Assembly (NCBI GenBank): GCA_964479445.1
Contig: CAYZMH010000002.1
Coordinates: 43,367-107,366, forward strand
Source of the DNA: an uncultured Bacteroidaceae bacterium
GTDB lineage: Bacteria; Bacteroidota; Bacteroidia; Bacteroidales; GCA-2748055
DNA: 64,000 nucleotides
Reading direction: 5' to 3'
Shown here: positions 1 through 9,677 of the stretch, piece by piece
How positions within the stretch are numbered: position 1 is the stretch's first letter
Layout of the letters: the number at the start of each line of letters is the position of its first letter
Notes under the pieces: model-generated
What the model saw: only the letters and a program-made list of their open reading frames with translations
Databases searched by the model: none
Told to the model about the DNA's origin: nothing
Program-made: the position numbers and the translations under genes

Positions 1-899
1 AATTACTGAGTATTCCTGATGACTATAGCGTACTTTTCCTGCAGGGGGGAGCAAGTATGCAGTTTTGCATGGTTCCTTATAATTTGATGGCTTCCAAATC
101 TGCATATTTAGATACCGGATCTTGGGCTTCCAAAGCCATTAAGGAAGCAGGATTATTCGGAGAGGTTGATGTGGTAGCTTCATCAAAAGATGCAACGTAT
201 AATTATATTCCCAGGCAATACAGTGTTCCAGAAGATGCAGATTATTTTCATATTACTACAAATAACACCATCTATGGTACAGAGATTAAGGATGATTTGG
301 ATATTTCAATTCCCCTAGTAGCGGATATGTCTTCAGATATTTTTTCCAGACCCATGGATGTTTCAAAGTATTCGCTCATATATGGTGGTGCGCAAAAAAA
401 TCTGGCTCCATCGGGGGTGACTTTTGTGATTATAAAAGACGATATCATTGGCAATCTTGATCGTTCGATCCCCACCATGTTAGACTATAGAACCCATATT
501 GATAAAGAGTCAATGTTCAATACACCACCTGTTGTGGCAGTTTATGCTGCTCTTCAAACACTGAAATGGTATAAACAACAAGGAGGCCTTAAAGCAATGC
601 ACACGGCAAACAGGAAAAAAGCAATGGCTCTATATGAAGAGATTAAGAGAAATAAGCTGTTTATTCCGACAGTTGAAAAGGAAGAGGATCGTTCAATTAT
701 GAATGTAACATTTATCATGCATGAAGATTACAAAGAGCTTGAGTCAGGTTTCCTCGAGTTTGCCACTGCTAGGGGAATGATTGGTATAAAAGGTCATCGG
801 TCAGTAGGGGGATTCAGAGCTTCACTTTATAATGCATTACCGCTATCAAGTGTTGAAGCACTAATTCAGGTTATGCAGGAATTTGAGAAAAATAATTAA
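1..899 (+). CDS. serC: phosphoserine aminotransferase, 5' end outside the window
   Basis: The frame is open from nt 3 ([21 protein letters not shown]...), so the ATG at 57 is internal. SerC-like class-V aminotransferase sequence ([21 protein letters not shown]). serA follows directly. Confidence 0.9.
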   Translation, partial: LLSIPDDYSVLFLQGGASMQFCMVPYNLMASKSAYLDTGSWASKAIKEAGLFGEVDVVASSKDATYNYIPRQYSVPEDADYFHITTNNTIYGTEIKDDLDISIPLVADMSSDIFSRPMDVSKYSLIYGGAQKNLAPSGVTFVIIKDDIIGNLDRSIPTMLDYRTHIDKESMFNTPPVVAVYAALQTLKWYKQQGGLKAMHTANRKKAMALYEEIKRNKLFIPTVEKEEDRSIMNVTFIMHEDYKELESGFLEFATARGMIGIKGHRSVGGFRASLYNALPLSSVEALIQVMQEFEKNN

Positions 900-918
900 T
901 ATACAAAACTCAAGGAAT

Positions 919-1839
919 ATGGCACAAGTATTGATAGCAACCGTAAAACCCTTCTCGCCAGCTGCTATTGCAGAGGTGAAGAAAGTCACTGAGGAAGCAG
1001 GATACACATTGGATCTTTTGGAAAAGTATAAAGATCATTCTGATTTAAAGAGTGCTGTCAGGAATGCAGATGCTCTTATTGTTCGAAGCGATAGAGTTGA
1101 TCAGGAGGTTATTGAATCGGCAGAAAACCTTAAAATCATTGTACGTGCTGGGGCGGGCTATGATAATATAGATCTTGAGGCGGCCTCAAAAGCAGGGGTG
1201 GTTGTTATGAATACACCCGGTCAGAATTCAAATGCTGTTGCAGAATTGGGTATAGGTATGATGATCTATTTGAACAGGAACGGATTCAATGGCACTGCTG
1301 GAACAGAGTTAAGAGGAAAGAAAATTGGAATTCATGCTTATGGTTATGTGGGAAGAATTGTGGGGATGATTGCAAAAGGCTTGGGAATGAAAGTCTATGC
1401 ATATGATCCGTATGTTGATAAAGTATATATAGAAAACGATGGTGTGAAATGTGAGGAGAGTCTGGAATCTCTTTACCGTAAATGTCAATATATCTCCTTA
1501 CACATCCCGGCAAACGAAAAGACTAAAGAGTCAATCAACTTGGAGTTAATGGCATTGATGCCGGAAGGTGCGACTCTTATTAATACAGCCAGAAAAGAGG
1601 TTATTCATGAACCTTCATTGCTTTCAGTGTTCAAACAGAGATCTGATTTCAGGTACATTTCAGATATTGCACCGGATTGCAAAGAAGAAATCATGAATAA
1701 TTACCCGGGGCGTGCATTTTTTACCCCTAAAAAAATGGGTGCTCAAACTGCTGAGGCTAATCGGAATGCAGGTATTGCAGCCGCAAAGCAGATTGTAGCG
1801 TTTCTGGAGAAGGGAGATACTACTTTCAAAGTGAACTAA
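919..1839 (+). CDS. serA: D-3-phosphoglycerate dehydrogenase (short form, D-2-hydroxyacid dehydrogenase family)
   Basis: ATG at 919 (MAQVLIAT...). The track start at 883 is a TTG overlapping serC. Motifs RAGAGYDNID and NAD-binding GYGYVGR are present. The gene sits next to serC. Confidence 0.8.
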   Translation: MAQVLIATVKPFSPAAIAEVKKVTEEAGYTLDLLEKYKDHSDLKSAVRNADALIVRSDRVDQEVIESAENLKIIVRAGAGYDNIDLEAASKAGVVVMNTPGQNSNAVAELGIGMMIYLNRNGFNGTAGTELRGKKIGIHAYGYVGRIVGMIAKGLGMKVYAYDPYVDKVYIENDGVKCEESLESLYRKCQYISLHIPANEKTKESINLELMALMPEGATLINTARKEVIHEPSLLSVFKQRSDFRYISDIAPDCKEEIMNNYPGRAFFTPKKMGAQTAEANRNAGIAAAKQIVAFLEKGDTTFKVN

Positions 1840-1871
1840 TTATTTTGTAGCATCAATGTAAAAGTGTGAGC

Positions 1872-3125
1872 ATGGCCGTAATAAAACCATTTAGAGGGTA
1901 CCGCCCACCGGTAAAATATGTGAAAGATGTAGCATCCAGACCTTATGATGTCCTTGATTCTAATGAAGCCAGGATGGAGGTAAAAGGGAATCCCCATTCA
2001 TTTCTGCATGTGGTGAAACCTGAAGTTGACCTGCCTGAAGATATTGATCTTCACTCCGAGCAGGTGTATCAAAAGGCGAAAGAAAACCTTCAGCAACTGA
2101 TAAACAAGGGGTTCTTTATTAAAGATGATCAAGAAAGCTTCTATGTATATGCCCAAACGATGAGAGGCAAGACTCAATATGGTCTGGTTGGTTGTGCTTC
2201 AGTCGAAGATTATTTAAACGATGTAATTAAAAAACACGAACTTACAAGACCCGATAAGGAGGAAGATCGAATGAACCATATACGGGTGACAGGTTTTAAC
2301 GCGGAACCAGTTTTTTTTACATATCCCGATCATCGCGGAGTTGATGAAATAGTATCAAGAACAATAAAACAACGTTCAGTATATGATTTTATAACCGATG
2401 ATGGAATCGGACATCAGTTCTGGGTCTTGAACGACAAGACAGATATCCAGATGATCCAGAATTATTTTCAGAATGAGATACCGTGCACCTATGTAGCTGA
2501 TGGCCATCATCGAACTGCAGCCGCCGCTTTGGTGGGGAATGAAAGAAAGAAACAGAACCCGCATCATCATGGGGATGAAGACTACAACTATTTCTTAGCA
2601 GTTCATTTCCCGTCATCTCAATTAACTATTATCGATTACAATAGAGTGGTGACAGATTTAAACGGAATGAGTGCTGATCAGTTTATTGAAGAGTTAGGGA
2701 AGGGTTTCATTGTAACAAAAATGGGAGAAGATCTATATAAACCGGAAGCAATTCACACATTTAGTATGTATTTAGATGGTTGCTGGTACAAGCTGGAGGC
2801 AGAGCCTGAAACCTTTGATGATTCAGATCCGATTGGCTGTTTGGATGTTACAATACTTTCCGAGCAAGTATTGAGCCCTATACTCGATATTTCTGACCTT
2901 CGAAAGTCAAAGCGTATAGATTTTGTAGGGGGTATTCGTGGTTTAATTGAACTAAAAACAAGGGTAGATAGTAGAGAAATGAGTGTTGCATTTGCGTTAT
3001 ACCCTGTCTCTATGAAACAGCTCATGGATATTGCAGATAATGGGATGATCATGCCACCAAAAACCACATGGTTTGAACCAAAATTGCGAAGCGGCCTGGT
3101 AATTCACTCACTGGACGAAGACTGA
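1872..3125 (+). CDS. DUF1015 family protein
   Basis: ATG at 1872 (MAVIKPFRGYRP...); the track start at 1866 is a GTG. The N-terminus and the ADGHHR motif recall DUF1015, a family I remember as often following serA/serC in Bacteroidota. Confidence 0.7.
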   Translation: MAVIKPFRGYRPPVKYVKDVASRPYDVLDSNEARMEVKGNPHSFLHVVKPEVDLPEDIDLHSEQVYQKAKENLQQLINKGFFIKDDQESFYVYAQTMRGKTQYGLVGCASVEDYLNDVIKKHELTRPDKEEDRMNHIRVTGFNAEPVFFTYPDHRGVDEIVSRTIKQRSVYDFITDDGIGHQFWVLNDKTDIQMIQNYFQNEIPCTYVADGHHRTAAAALVGNERKKQNPHHHGDEDYNYFLAVHFPSSQLTIIDYNRVVTDLNGMSADQFIEELGKGFIVTKMGEDLYKPEAIHTFSMYLDGCWYKLEAEPETFDDSDPIGCLDVTILSEQVLSPILDISDLRKSKRIDFVGGIRGLIELKTRVDSREMSVAFALYPVSMKQLMDIADNGMIMPPKTTWFEPKLRSGLVIHSLDED

Positions 3126-3126
3126 A

Positions 3127-3795
3127 ATGGACATTATAGATAATTGGGCAGAACTTATAGAAAAAATACCGTCGGGTATTAAGGTTGTAGCTGTTTCTAA
3201 AACCAAACCGGTTGAATTAATAAAAGACCTGTATCATGCTGGACAAATGGATTTTGGAGAAAATAAAGTCCAGGATTTAACAGAAAAAAAGGAGCGTTTA
3301 CCTAATGCTATTAAATGGCACATGGTAGGTCATCTTCAATCAAATAAAGTTAAACATATTGCTCCTTTTGTAAACATGGTGCATAGTGTTGATAGTTTGA
3401 AACTACTAAAAGTGATTGATAAAGAGGGACAAAAGAAAGATCGTAGGATTGACTGTTTGCTTCAGATTCATATCGCCAGGGAGAGTTCTAAATACGGTCT
3501 TAACAGAGGACAGTTGGATCAGCTTCTGAAGGAACTTGATCTTTTAAAACTTAATAACATTAGCATTAAGGGTTTAATGGGAATGTCTACCTTTACCGAG
3601 GATAGAAATCAAATAAGAAGGGAATTTCAAAACCTGAGGAAAATATTTGAAGATTTGAAAAATGGCTTTTTCTCCGAGCAAAAAAGTTTTACTGAATTAT
3701 CAATGGGAATGTCACAAGACTACAGAATAGCCATTGATGAAGGAAGCACGATGATTCGTGTTGGGAGTATTATCTTTGGACCTCGAAATTACTAG
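3127..3795 (+). CDS. yggS: YggS-family pyridoxal-phosphate homeostasis protein
   Basis: 222 aa with the VVAVSKTKP PLP-lysine context, HMVGHLQSNK and a C-terminal MIRVGSIIFG. Starts 1 nt after the DUF1015 stop. Confidence 0.85.
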   Translation: MDIIDNWAELIEKIPSGIKVVAVSKTKPVELIKDLYHAGQMDFGENKVQDLTEKKERLPNAIKWHMVGHLQSNKVKHIAPFVNMVHSVDSLKLLKVIDKEGQKKDRRIDCLLQIHIARESSKYGLNRGQLDQLLKELDLLKLNNISIKGLMGMSTFTEDRNQIRREFQNLRKIFEDLKNGFFSEQKSFTELSMGMSQDYRIAIDEGSTMIRVGSIIFGPRNY

Positions 3796-3800
3796 AAATC

Positions 3801-4784
3801 ATGAATAAAACAGATCTCTCCGTAACGTACGCAGGTTTAACACTAAAAAGTCCCGTTATAGTTTCAAGCAGTGGACTTACAAGTTCTGTTGAACGGATAA
3901 AAAAAATCGCAAATGCTGGAGCAGGGGCTGTTGTGCTTAAATCCTTGTTTGAAGAACAGATCCAATACGAGGTTGGTGAATTAATAGGGGGGGCAGATTA
4001 TCCTGAAGCATTAGACTACATTAATACCTATGCAAGGGATAACTCGGTTCAGCAGTATCTTAAATTAATTTCTGATTCCAAGAAAGCTGTTGATATACCA
4101 GTTATGGCGAGTATCAATTGTCATTCTGCCAGTGAATGGACTGATTTTGCCTTTGAGATAGAAGAAGCGGGAGCTGATGCTGTTGAACTAAATATTTATT
4201 ATCCAGGGATCAATCCAGAAAAGGATCCCAGAGAATATGAAAAGGTCTATTTAGATATAGTAGACGAGGTGCAAAAAAAAGTGAAGATTCCTGTTGTGAT
4301 CAAATTAGGGTCTCATTTTACAAACCTAGCCTGGTTTGTACATCAGCTTCAAATACGTAAAGTTGCAGCAGTCGTCTTATTCAACAGGTTTTATGCACCG
4401 GATATCGATCCGGAAACAATGACTATGGGAGCGGCAGAAGTTCTTAGCACTCCAGCTGAAATAAGAAATTCCCTTCGATGGGTTGGTATTATTTCTTCGA
4501 AGATTGATAAAATTGATATTGCTGCTTCAACAGGGGTTCATAGTGGTCTGGGGGTGATAAAGCAGCTTTTAGCAGGAGCTGAAGCTGTCCAGATATGTTC
4601 CGTTCTCTATAGGAATGGGGTTGACTACACAAAGAACATAGTTAACGAAGTTAAAAATTGGATGGAGAAGAAACAGTATTGGAATATAGAAGAATTTCGC
4701 GGTAAAATGAACTATTCTAATTTAGCTGACCCCGAAACTTACGAACGAGCTCAATTTATCAAATATTTCTCAAAAATGCATTGA
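3801..4784 (+). CDS. dihydroorotate dehydrogenase-like (class-1 PyrD/DPD-like TIM-barrel) protein
   Basis: 327 aa with an N-terminus like PyrD family 1 (L.V.YAGL.LKSPV..SSG), AGAGAVVLKS and ELN.. segments. Substrate specificity cannot be read from the sequence. Confidence 0.6.
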   Translation: MNKTDLSVTYAGLTLKSPVIVSSSGLTSSVERIKKIANAGAGAVVLKSLFEEQIQYEVGELIGGADYPEALDYINTYARDNSVQQYLKLISDSKKAVDIPVMASINCHSASEWTDFAFEIEEAGADAVELNIYYPGINPEKDPREYEKVYLDIVDEVQKKVKIPVVIKLGSHFTNLAWFVHQLQIRKVAAVVLFNRFYAPDIDPETMTMGAAEVLSTPAEIRNSLRWVGIISSKIDKIDIAASTGVHSGLGVIKQLLAGAEAVQICSVLYRNGVDYTKNIVNEVKNWMEKKQYWNIEEFRGKMNYSNLADPETYERAQFIKYFSKMH

Positions 4785-4794
4785 TTAATATTGG

Positions 4795-5322
4795 TCAGGA
4801 TTTCTGGATCATATCAGCCATTGCCTCCAGTAATCTTCGCTTCTCGGGTGAAGAAGCTGATAAATGATTTCTGATTGTTTGAATACAACGCGTTTTAAGC
4901 TTGTCACTTACCTCAGGCACAGCATCCTCTATAACGGAATAACTTTCTAGCGCAATTTCGTATTGTTCCATGATGGCAATATGTACGAAGGTTTCTATGT
5001 ACTCATGGAAATCAAGTCTGTTTTGCCAGCAGGATGATACCAGATCTTTGCGGATAGCTGAGTATTGCTTATTCTCGATGGCATCCATAATCACATTGGC
5101 AGCATCTTGGTATTTCAAATCATTCAGTAGTTTGACGGATTCATTGTAGACAGTCTCTTCCGGCTCCTTTATCATTAGTTTAAAAATTTCAGGAAGTATC
5201 TCAGGTGTTCCGGTAGCCCTCATCTGCTCTAATGCACTTTTTATTGCCTGGACATTTCCTGAGCGCAGTGCTTGGATTTGTTTCTTTTCTCTCTCTTTTC
5301 TATTCCTTGCTGCATTTTCCAT
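4795..5322 (-). CDS. hypothetical all-helical (HEAT/ARM-like) protein
   Basis: 175-aa ORF that starts 2 nt after the stop of the upstream TPR gene. No signal peptide. The helical repeat-like composition is the only clue to function. Confidence 0.5.
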   Translation of the reverse strand: MENAARNRKEREKKQIQALRSGNVQAIKSALEQMRATGTPEILPEIFKLMIKEPEETVYNESVKLLNDLKYQDAANVIMDAIENKQYSAIRKDLVSSCWQNRLDFHEYIETFVHIAIMEQYEIALESYSVIEDAVPEVSDKLKTRCIQTIRNHLSASSPEKRRLLEAMADMIQKS

Positions 5323-5324
5323 TA

Positions 5325-6545
5325 TTAAAACTCGTTACAATTTTTATTTAAAAAACTTACTGCATTTAAATATCCCTGTCGATGCGCTTTTTTAAAATTG
5401 CGACATGCCTCTTCCTTTAAGCCGGAAGCAAGGGCTGATTTTCCACGTAGGTACCATGTTTCTCCATTAAAGGGATCGAGGTCGAGTGCCATCGAATAGT
5501 CTTTTAATGCGTATTGGTGCATTGTGGTTGCAGCATATGCTTTGCCACGTGATATGAAATATTGTGACATCCCACTCTCAAGCTCCAAAGCCTTGTTGAA
5601 AAATGTTAGTGCCTCTAAATATTGTTCCATCGCAAAATACACCTTACCTTGTAGATGCATAGCCTCATGGCTATCAGTGTAGTATGTGCGATATTGTTTT
5701 ATTAATCGAATCGCATCTTTGTATCTTTTCGATTCAAGCATGATACCGGCAGTCTCCAGGTAAAGTCTGAAACGGTCAGGTTCCTGCCGTATCACTCGCT
5801 CATAATCAGCGATTGCTTCATCAACTTTTCCAATATCTTGCAAAACTCTCGCGCGCAACAGTAAGGCTTCAATGTGATTGTAATCCGAACGAACCGATTG
5901 GTTCAGGTCATGCACCGCTTGCTTCGTATTACCTGTTTCAAAAAATATCTTAGCCTTCAGGTAATGAACCTCACTTTTATTAAATCCTTTCTCCTCTAAC
6001 TCATTCAGGTGGTTCATCGCTTCAGGGTATTGTCCGGATGATACCAGGTATTCAGCCTCTTGAAGTTCTTTTTCATAATAAGGGTACCATGTTTTCTCAC
6101 TCCACAGGTTTTTCCATTCAGGATGATGTTCTAAACTAACTAGGTCGGGATCCAGAAGAATCTCTTTCTGAGGTAGTTTGTATCTGGAATTAAGATGCTG
6201 ACGGATATAGAAGATCGCTTGTTCCGGATTATCCAGACGAGATTCTGCTTTAGCAAGCATAAAGCTTGCTTTCCCTTTAAACCTTTTATTAACCCGTATA
6301 AAATCGTTCTTCGAGGCTTCAATACGACCCTCCTTGAATAACAACTTGCCGCGCTGGAAAGTGGCTTCATAATTTCCTGGTTCGGATACAAGGATCTGAT
6401 TTAATAGAATTAGTGCGCTGTCGGATTGTTCTTTTAACATCAGAGCCCTGGCCTTAAGAAACAGGTCGGGTTTCTGCTGACTGTAGACCCCGGATATGTT
6501 AAATAGCCAAAGAAATACGATGATCAGTAATTTCTTCATGGTCAA
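5325..6545 (-). CDS. secreted tetratricopeptide-repeat protein
   Basis: N-terminal signal peptide (MKKLLIIVFLWLFNISGVYSQ) and repeated 34-aa TPR-like units (A..Y...G..Y...G....A). Starts 3 nt after the T9SS cargo gene stop. Confidence 0.75.
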   Translation of the reverse strand: MTMKKLLIIVFLWLFNISGVYSQQKPDLFLKARALMLKEQSDSALILLNQILVSEPGNYEATFQRGKLLFKEGRIEASKNDFIRVNKRFKGKASFMLAKAESRLDNPEQAIFYIRQHLNSRYKLPQKEILLDPDLVSLEHHPEWKNLWSEKTWYPYYEKELQEAEYLVSSGQYPEAMNHLNELEEKGFNKSEVHYLKAKIFFETGNTKQAVHDLNQSVRSDYNHIEALLLRARVLQDIGKVDEAIADYERVIRQEPDRFRLYLETAGIMLESKRYKDAIRLIKQYRTYYTDSHEAMHLQGKVYFAMEQYLEALTFFNKALELESGMSQYFISRGKAYAATTMHQYALKDYSMALDLDPFNGETWYLRGKSALASGLKEEACRNFKKAHRQGYLNAVSFLNKNCNEF

Positions 6546-6548
6546 TTA

Positions 6549-9164
6549 TTATTCAAAAAACACCTCATTTTCGTCTCCCGAATAAACATAAATGAATCCG
6601 GTTAATGTATAAGACTCCAGACCACTGAGCCGATATTCAAATACCTCACATATATAATAATAGACTCCCGGTGAAACAAGCTCATTGCTATCCAGTAATT
6701 TTCCATCCCATTTGATATCCGGGTCTTCTGTTTTGTAAACCAATAATCCCCACCTGTTAAATACTTGAAAATCGACTTTTTCAACATATGAAGTTCGAAG
6801 AGCCTTGTAAGTATCGTTGATATCATCGTTGTTCGGGGAGAATACATTGGGGAGTTCATACCCGGTACACTCATCCAGGCAAACCCTGATGGAGGCATTT
6901 GATTCATTGGAAAATGAATCAATAGCCGTTACGTAATAGCAACCTGTTAGTGATTCGGCTGGAATGTGATTATAACTAGTGTCATTTCTGTTTGAAAATG
7001 ACTCTATTAGTGAGGTGTCGCCAGAAATCGTTGAAGAATAATAAAGTTTATAACCGACCACATCAGCAGAGCAAACGGGATCATTGAAATACCAGTTGAG
7101 ATGATTATAACCGCTATCGCATAGAGATTGTCCGTTTAAGGTAGGCGGACATGGCGCAATGGAGTCAACAGGCATTGTGCAGTTCTCGTGACTATAGTTT
7201 GTGTTCTCATATAATATCCCATCAATATTTCGCCATCCTGTGCTTTTTATCCTGTAACAATAGTTTTTCCCATTTTGAAGAGCTGAATCTGTATAGAAAG
7301 GATCTGTTGTATAACCAATTGAATCATAAACACCAGTTTGTTCATTAAGACGATAGATTGTATAGTCATAATTGATCCAGGGGACATTTTTGACGATATC
7401 TATCTCAATCTGATTATCGGTTCCTTTTAAGTAAGGAACCATGGTGGATCCCAATTCTATTTTGTCAGGATCACTTATGAGAAAACGGTTTCCTGGTGTG
7501 TCATTATATAGCTCTATTTTGTATGAGTATGGCCATTCCAAGGTGTTAACATTCTGATCAATATATAATGTATCCTGGGAGTTGGCTGTAGAGAAAGAAA
7601 GGGTTTCCTGCAACTCCTGACCAAAAAAGTCATTATAACGATAGATTACATATTCAAAAGGTCCAGGAAGGGTGTCTAATTCATTAGGATGAGCCCATTT
7701 AAGAGTTACCTCACCTGATTCAGATTGATCGGTAACAGTCACCACCAGTTGTGATGGGGTGCCTGCAATCAGAGGAGAGCATGCTTCAGGTGAAGGATAG
7801 CTACGAGTGCCGTCTGGATATATAGCAACTACTGCATAACAATATTCAACACCTTGTTCTAATCCATTACCACTTCCCATATCTGTATAAATAGTATCAG
7901 AACGTGCTGATGTAGACCCAATCTTTTCATAACCAGTCGATGGAGGTATGCCATTGGTGCATGAATCGGGAAGATAAGCCGCTGGGCCATCTTTTCTATA
8001 TATTTCATATCCCACTACATTCGGACAATTATCAGCATTCCAAACAACTGTTATGCTATTTGATGCAGGTATTAATGTGGGACGATCCGGAGCAGGACCT
8101 ATGATCTTGATATTGACATTTTTAATATCAACTAGATTAGTCTCCTGATTATTGTCTTCTGCTTTAAAAATGACCGTGTAGGGTTGCTGACGAACATGAC
8201 GGCAATTAGTTGCCCACCGAAATGTTGCTTCACTATATCCAATATCAACTAATTCTGAATTAATAGTATAGCTAGCGGGTGATTCGTTAACAACAAACGG
8301 ACCTCCCGAGGCTGATTGCCTTAGTGAATCATTGTCTATATCAGTCGCAATTACATCAAATTCAATGAGCTCTCCTGCTTCAATACAATAGCTTGGTAGC
8401 TCATTTTGTTCTGGAGGGTGATTATCAGTGTCATAAACCTCTATCTGCATATCTCTCACAATATTGCCTATTTTCACTCCGTCTCTCCACTCCTCTATGT
8501 CGATGGCGATGTTATAAATTCCAGTATCAACAGGAGTTATCCATGTAAGATCACCGGTGATGGGATCTACATACAATGTGTCACTTGATTGAGGGAGGGT
8601 GTAATTTTCAATAGGTTTTCCATCTTCTTCTGTGCATACTGTAAGTTTGTATGAAATACTGTCTCCATCCGGATCGTAAGCTGCCGGATTGTGAATAAAT
8701 ATCTGGTTTAAGGCTGCCCTGTCAATAGGAGGATTAAGAAGTATAGGAGTCGAATTCTTACCTACGGTAGGATTTATTGTGATTGTAGTCTTTATAGAAA
8801 ATACAACATTCACAGAGTTAGGAATATTTTTTACACCCAGGTTCCTGTTAGGATCTTGAACTACAATCTCATACGTACCTGCACCTGGAAATGTATGCTG
8901 CGTTATATAGGTGTTCTTTTGATAAAAATTTGGAAGTTTTGTAATGGACTTTCTCTGGGCATAAGAGAAGGTATTGTCACCCCATTGTACCTCTAATTGA
9001 GAACGATCGGCCTGACTCAGAGTGTAGGTAAATGTGGTAATAGTGATTTCATAGGTAAGCTCATCGAGCTGTGTGAGTGTTATTTCACCAGCACGGTTAT
9101 GAGTTGCAAACAATTGATTACTGCTTAACAGGAATAATAGTACTGCCTGAAAGATCCGTTTCAT
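6549..9164 (-). CDS. T9SS type-B sorting-domain (gliding-motility-associated C-terminal domain) cargo protein with Ig-like/FN3-like repeats
   Basis: Signal peptide followed by ATHNRAGEIT. The C-terminus LPNVFSPNNDDINDTY...FNRWG..V......WDG......PGVYYY matches the type-B sorting (CHU_C-like) pattern. Confidence 0.8.
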   Translation of the reverse strand: MKRIFQAVLLFLLSSNQLFATHNRAGEITLTQLDELTYEITITTFTYTLSQADRSQLEVQWGDNTFSYAQRKSITKLPNFYQKNTYITQHTFPGAGTYEIVVQDPNRNLGVKNIPNSVNVVFSIKTTITINPTVGKNSTPILLNPPIDRAALNQIFIHNPAAYDPDGDSISYKLTVCTEEDGKPIENYTLPQSSDTLYVDPITGDLTWITPVDTGIYNIAIDIEEWRDGVKIGNIVRDMQIEVYDTDNHPPEQNELPSYCIEAGELIEFDVIATDIDNDSLRQSASGGPFVVNESPASYTINSELVDIGYSEATFRWATNCRHVRQQPYTVIFKAEDNNQETNLVDIKNVNIKIIGPAPDRPTLIPASNSITVVWNADNCPNVVGYEIYRKDGPAAYLPDSCTNGIPPSTGYEKIGSTSARSDTIYTDMGSGNGLEQGVEYCYAVVAIYPDGTRSYPSPEACSPLIAGTPSQLVVTVTDQSESGEVTLKWAHPNELDTLPGPFEYVIYRYNDFFGQELQETLSFSTANSQDTLYIDQNVNTLEWPYSYKIELYNDTPGNRFLISDPDKIELGSTMVPYLKGTDNQIEIDIVKNVPWINYDYTIYRLNEQTGVYDSIGYTTDPFYTDSALQNGKNYCYRIKSTGWRNIDGILYENTNYSHENCTMPVDSIAPCPPTLNGQSLCDSGYNHLNWYFNDPVCSADVVGYKLYYSSTISGDTSLIESFSNRNDTSYNHIPAESLTGCYYVTAIDSFSNESNASIRVCLDECTGYELPNVFSPNNDDINDTYKALRTSYVEKVDFQVFNRWGLLVYKTEDPDIKWDGKLLDSNELVSPGVYYYICEVFEYRLSGLESYTLTGFIYVYSGDENEVFFE

Positions 9165-9658
9165 TCTCGCTTCAGCTTCATTACAGCGTCCCTCTTGTGA
9201 ACATCAAATTTTATACCATGTTCTTCACCTTCTGAACCAATAATAGTGAGGTTTGTTTGATCTGGAAAAATATCCACCAATAATCCATTGTAAATGTACA
9301 AAGAATTTGGTTTATTGATAATCTTTGACCTCAATTCTATCATCATCGACTGGTCTACAATATCTACATTTTTAATCTCTATTTTCCAGGGTATTCCGTT
9401 TTGCATAGAAGAGAATCTGAATGATGATGTCAAATAGGTCCTGTACCAAGAGGAGCTGAAAAGATCTTCGACCTCTAGTTTATGGTGCTGACCATTATAG
9501 TGAAAATAGGCAGTTTCCCAGTCATCTTTAAAAGTCTGAATGGTAACGAGTAGCGAATCTTTTTTAACTACAATATTAGTAACGGAAACATGAAGAGGAT
9601 GAGCCCTAACCACGCTACCAATAAACAACAAAACAATAATACTTATTAAATTTCGCAT
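9161..9658 (-). CDS. small secreted protein, DUF6702-like
   Basis: 165 aa with a signal peptide, then HPLHVSVTNI..., a pattern I associate with DUF6702. Its stop overlaps the next gene's start by 4 nt (ATGA). Confidence 0.5.
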   Translation of the reverse strand: MRNLISIIVLLFIGSVVRAHPLHVSVTNIVVKKDSLLVTIQTFKDDWETAYFHYNGQHHKLEVEDLFSSSWYRTYLTSSFRFSSMQNGIPWKIEIKNVDIVDQSMMIELRSKIINKPNSLYIYNGLLVDIFPDQTNLTIIGSEGEEHGIKFDVHKRDAVMKLKRE

Positions 9659-9677
9659 GTATAGTTTTTCAGTAAAC

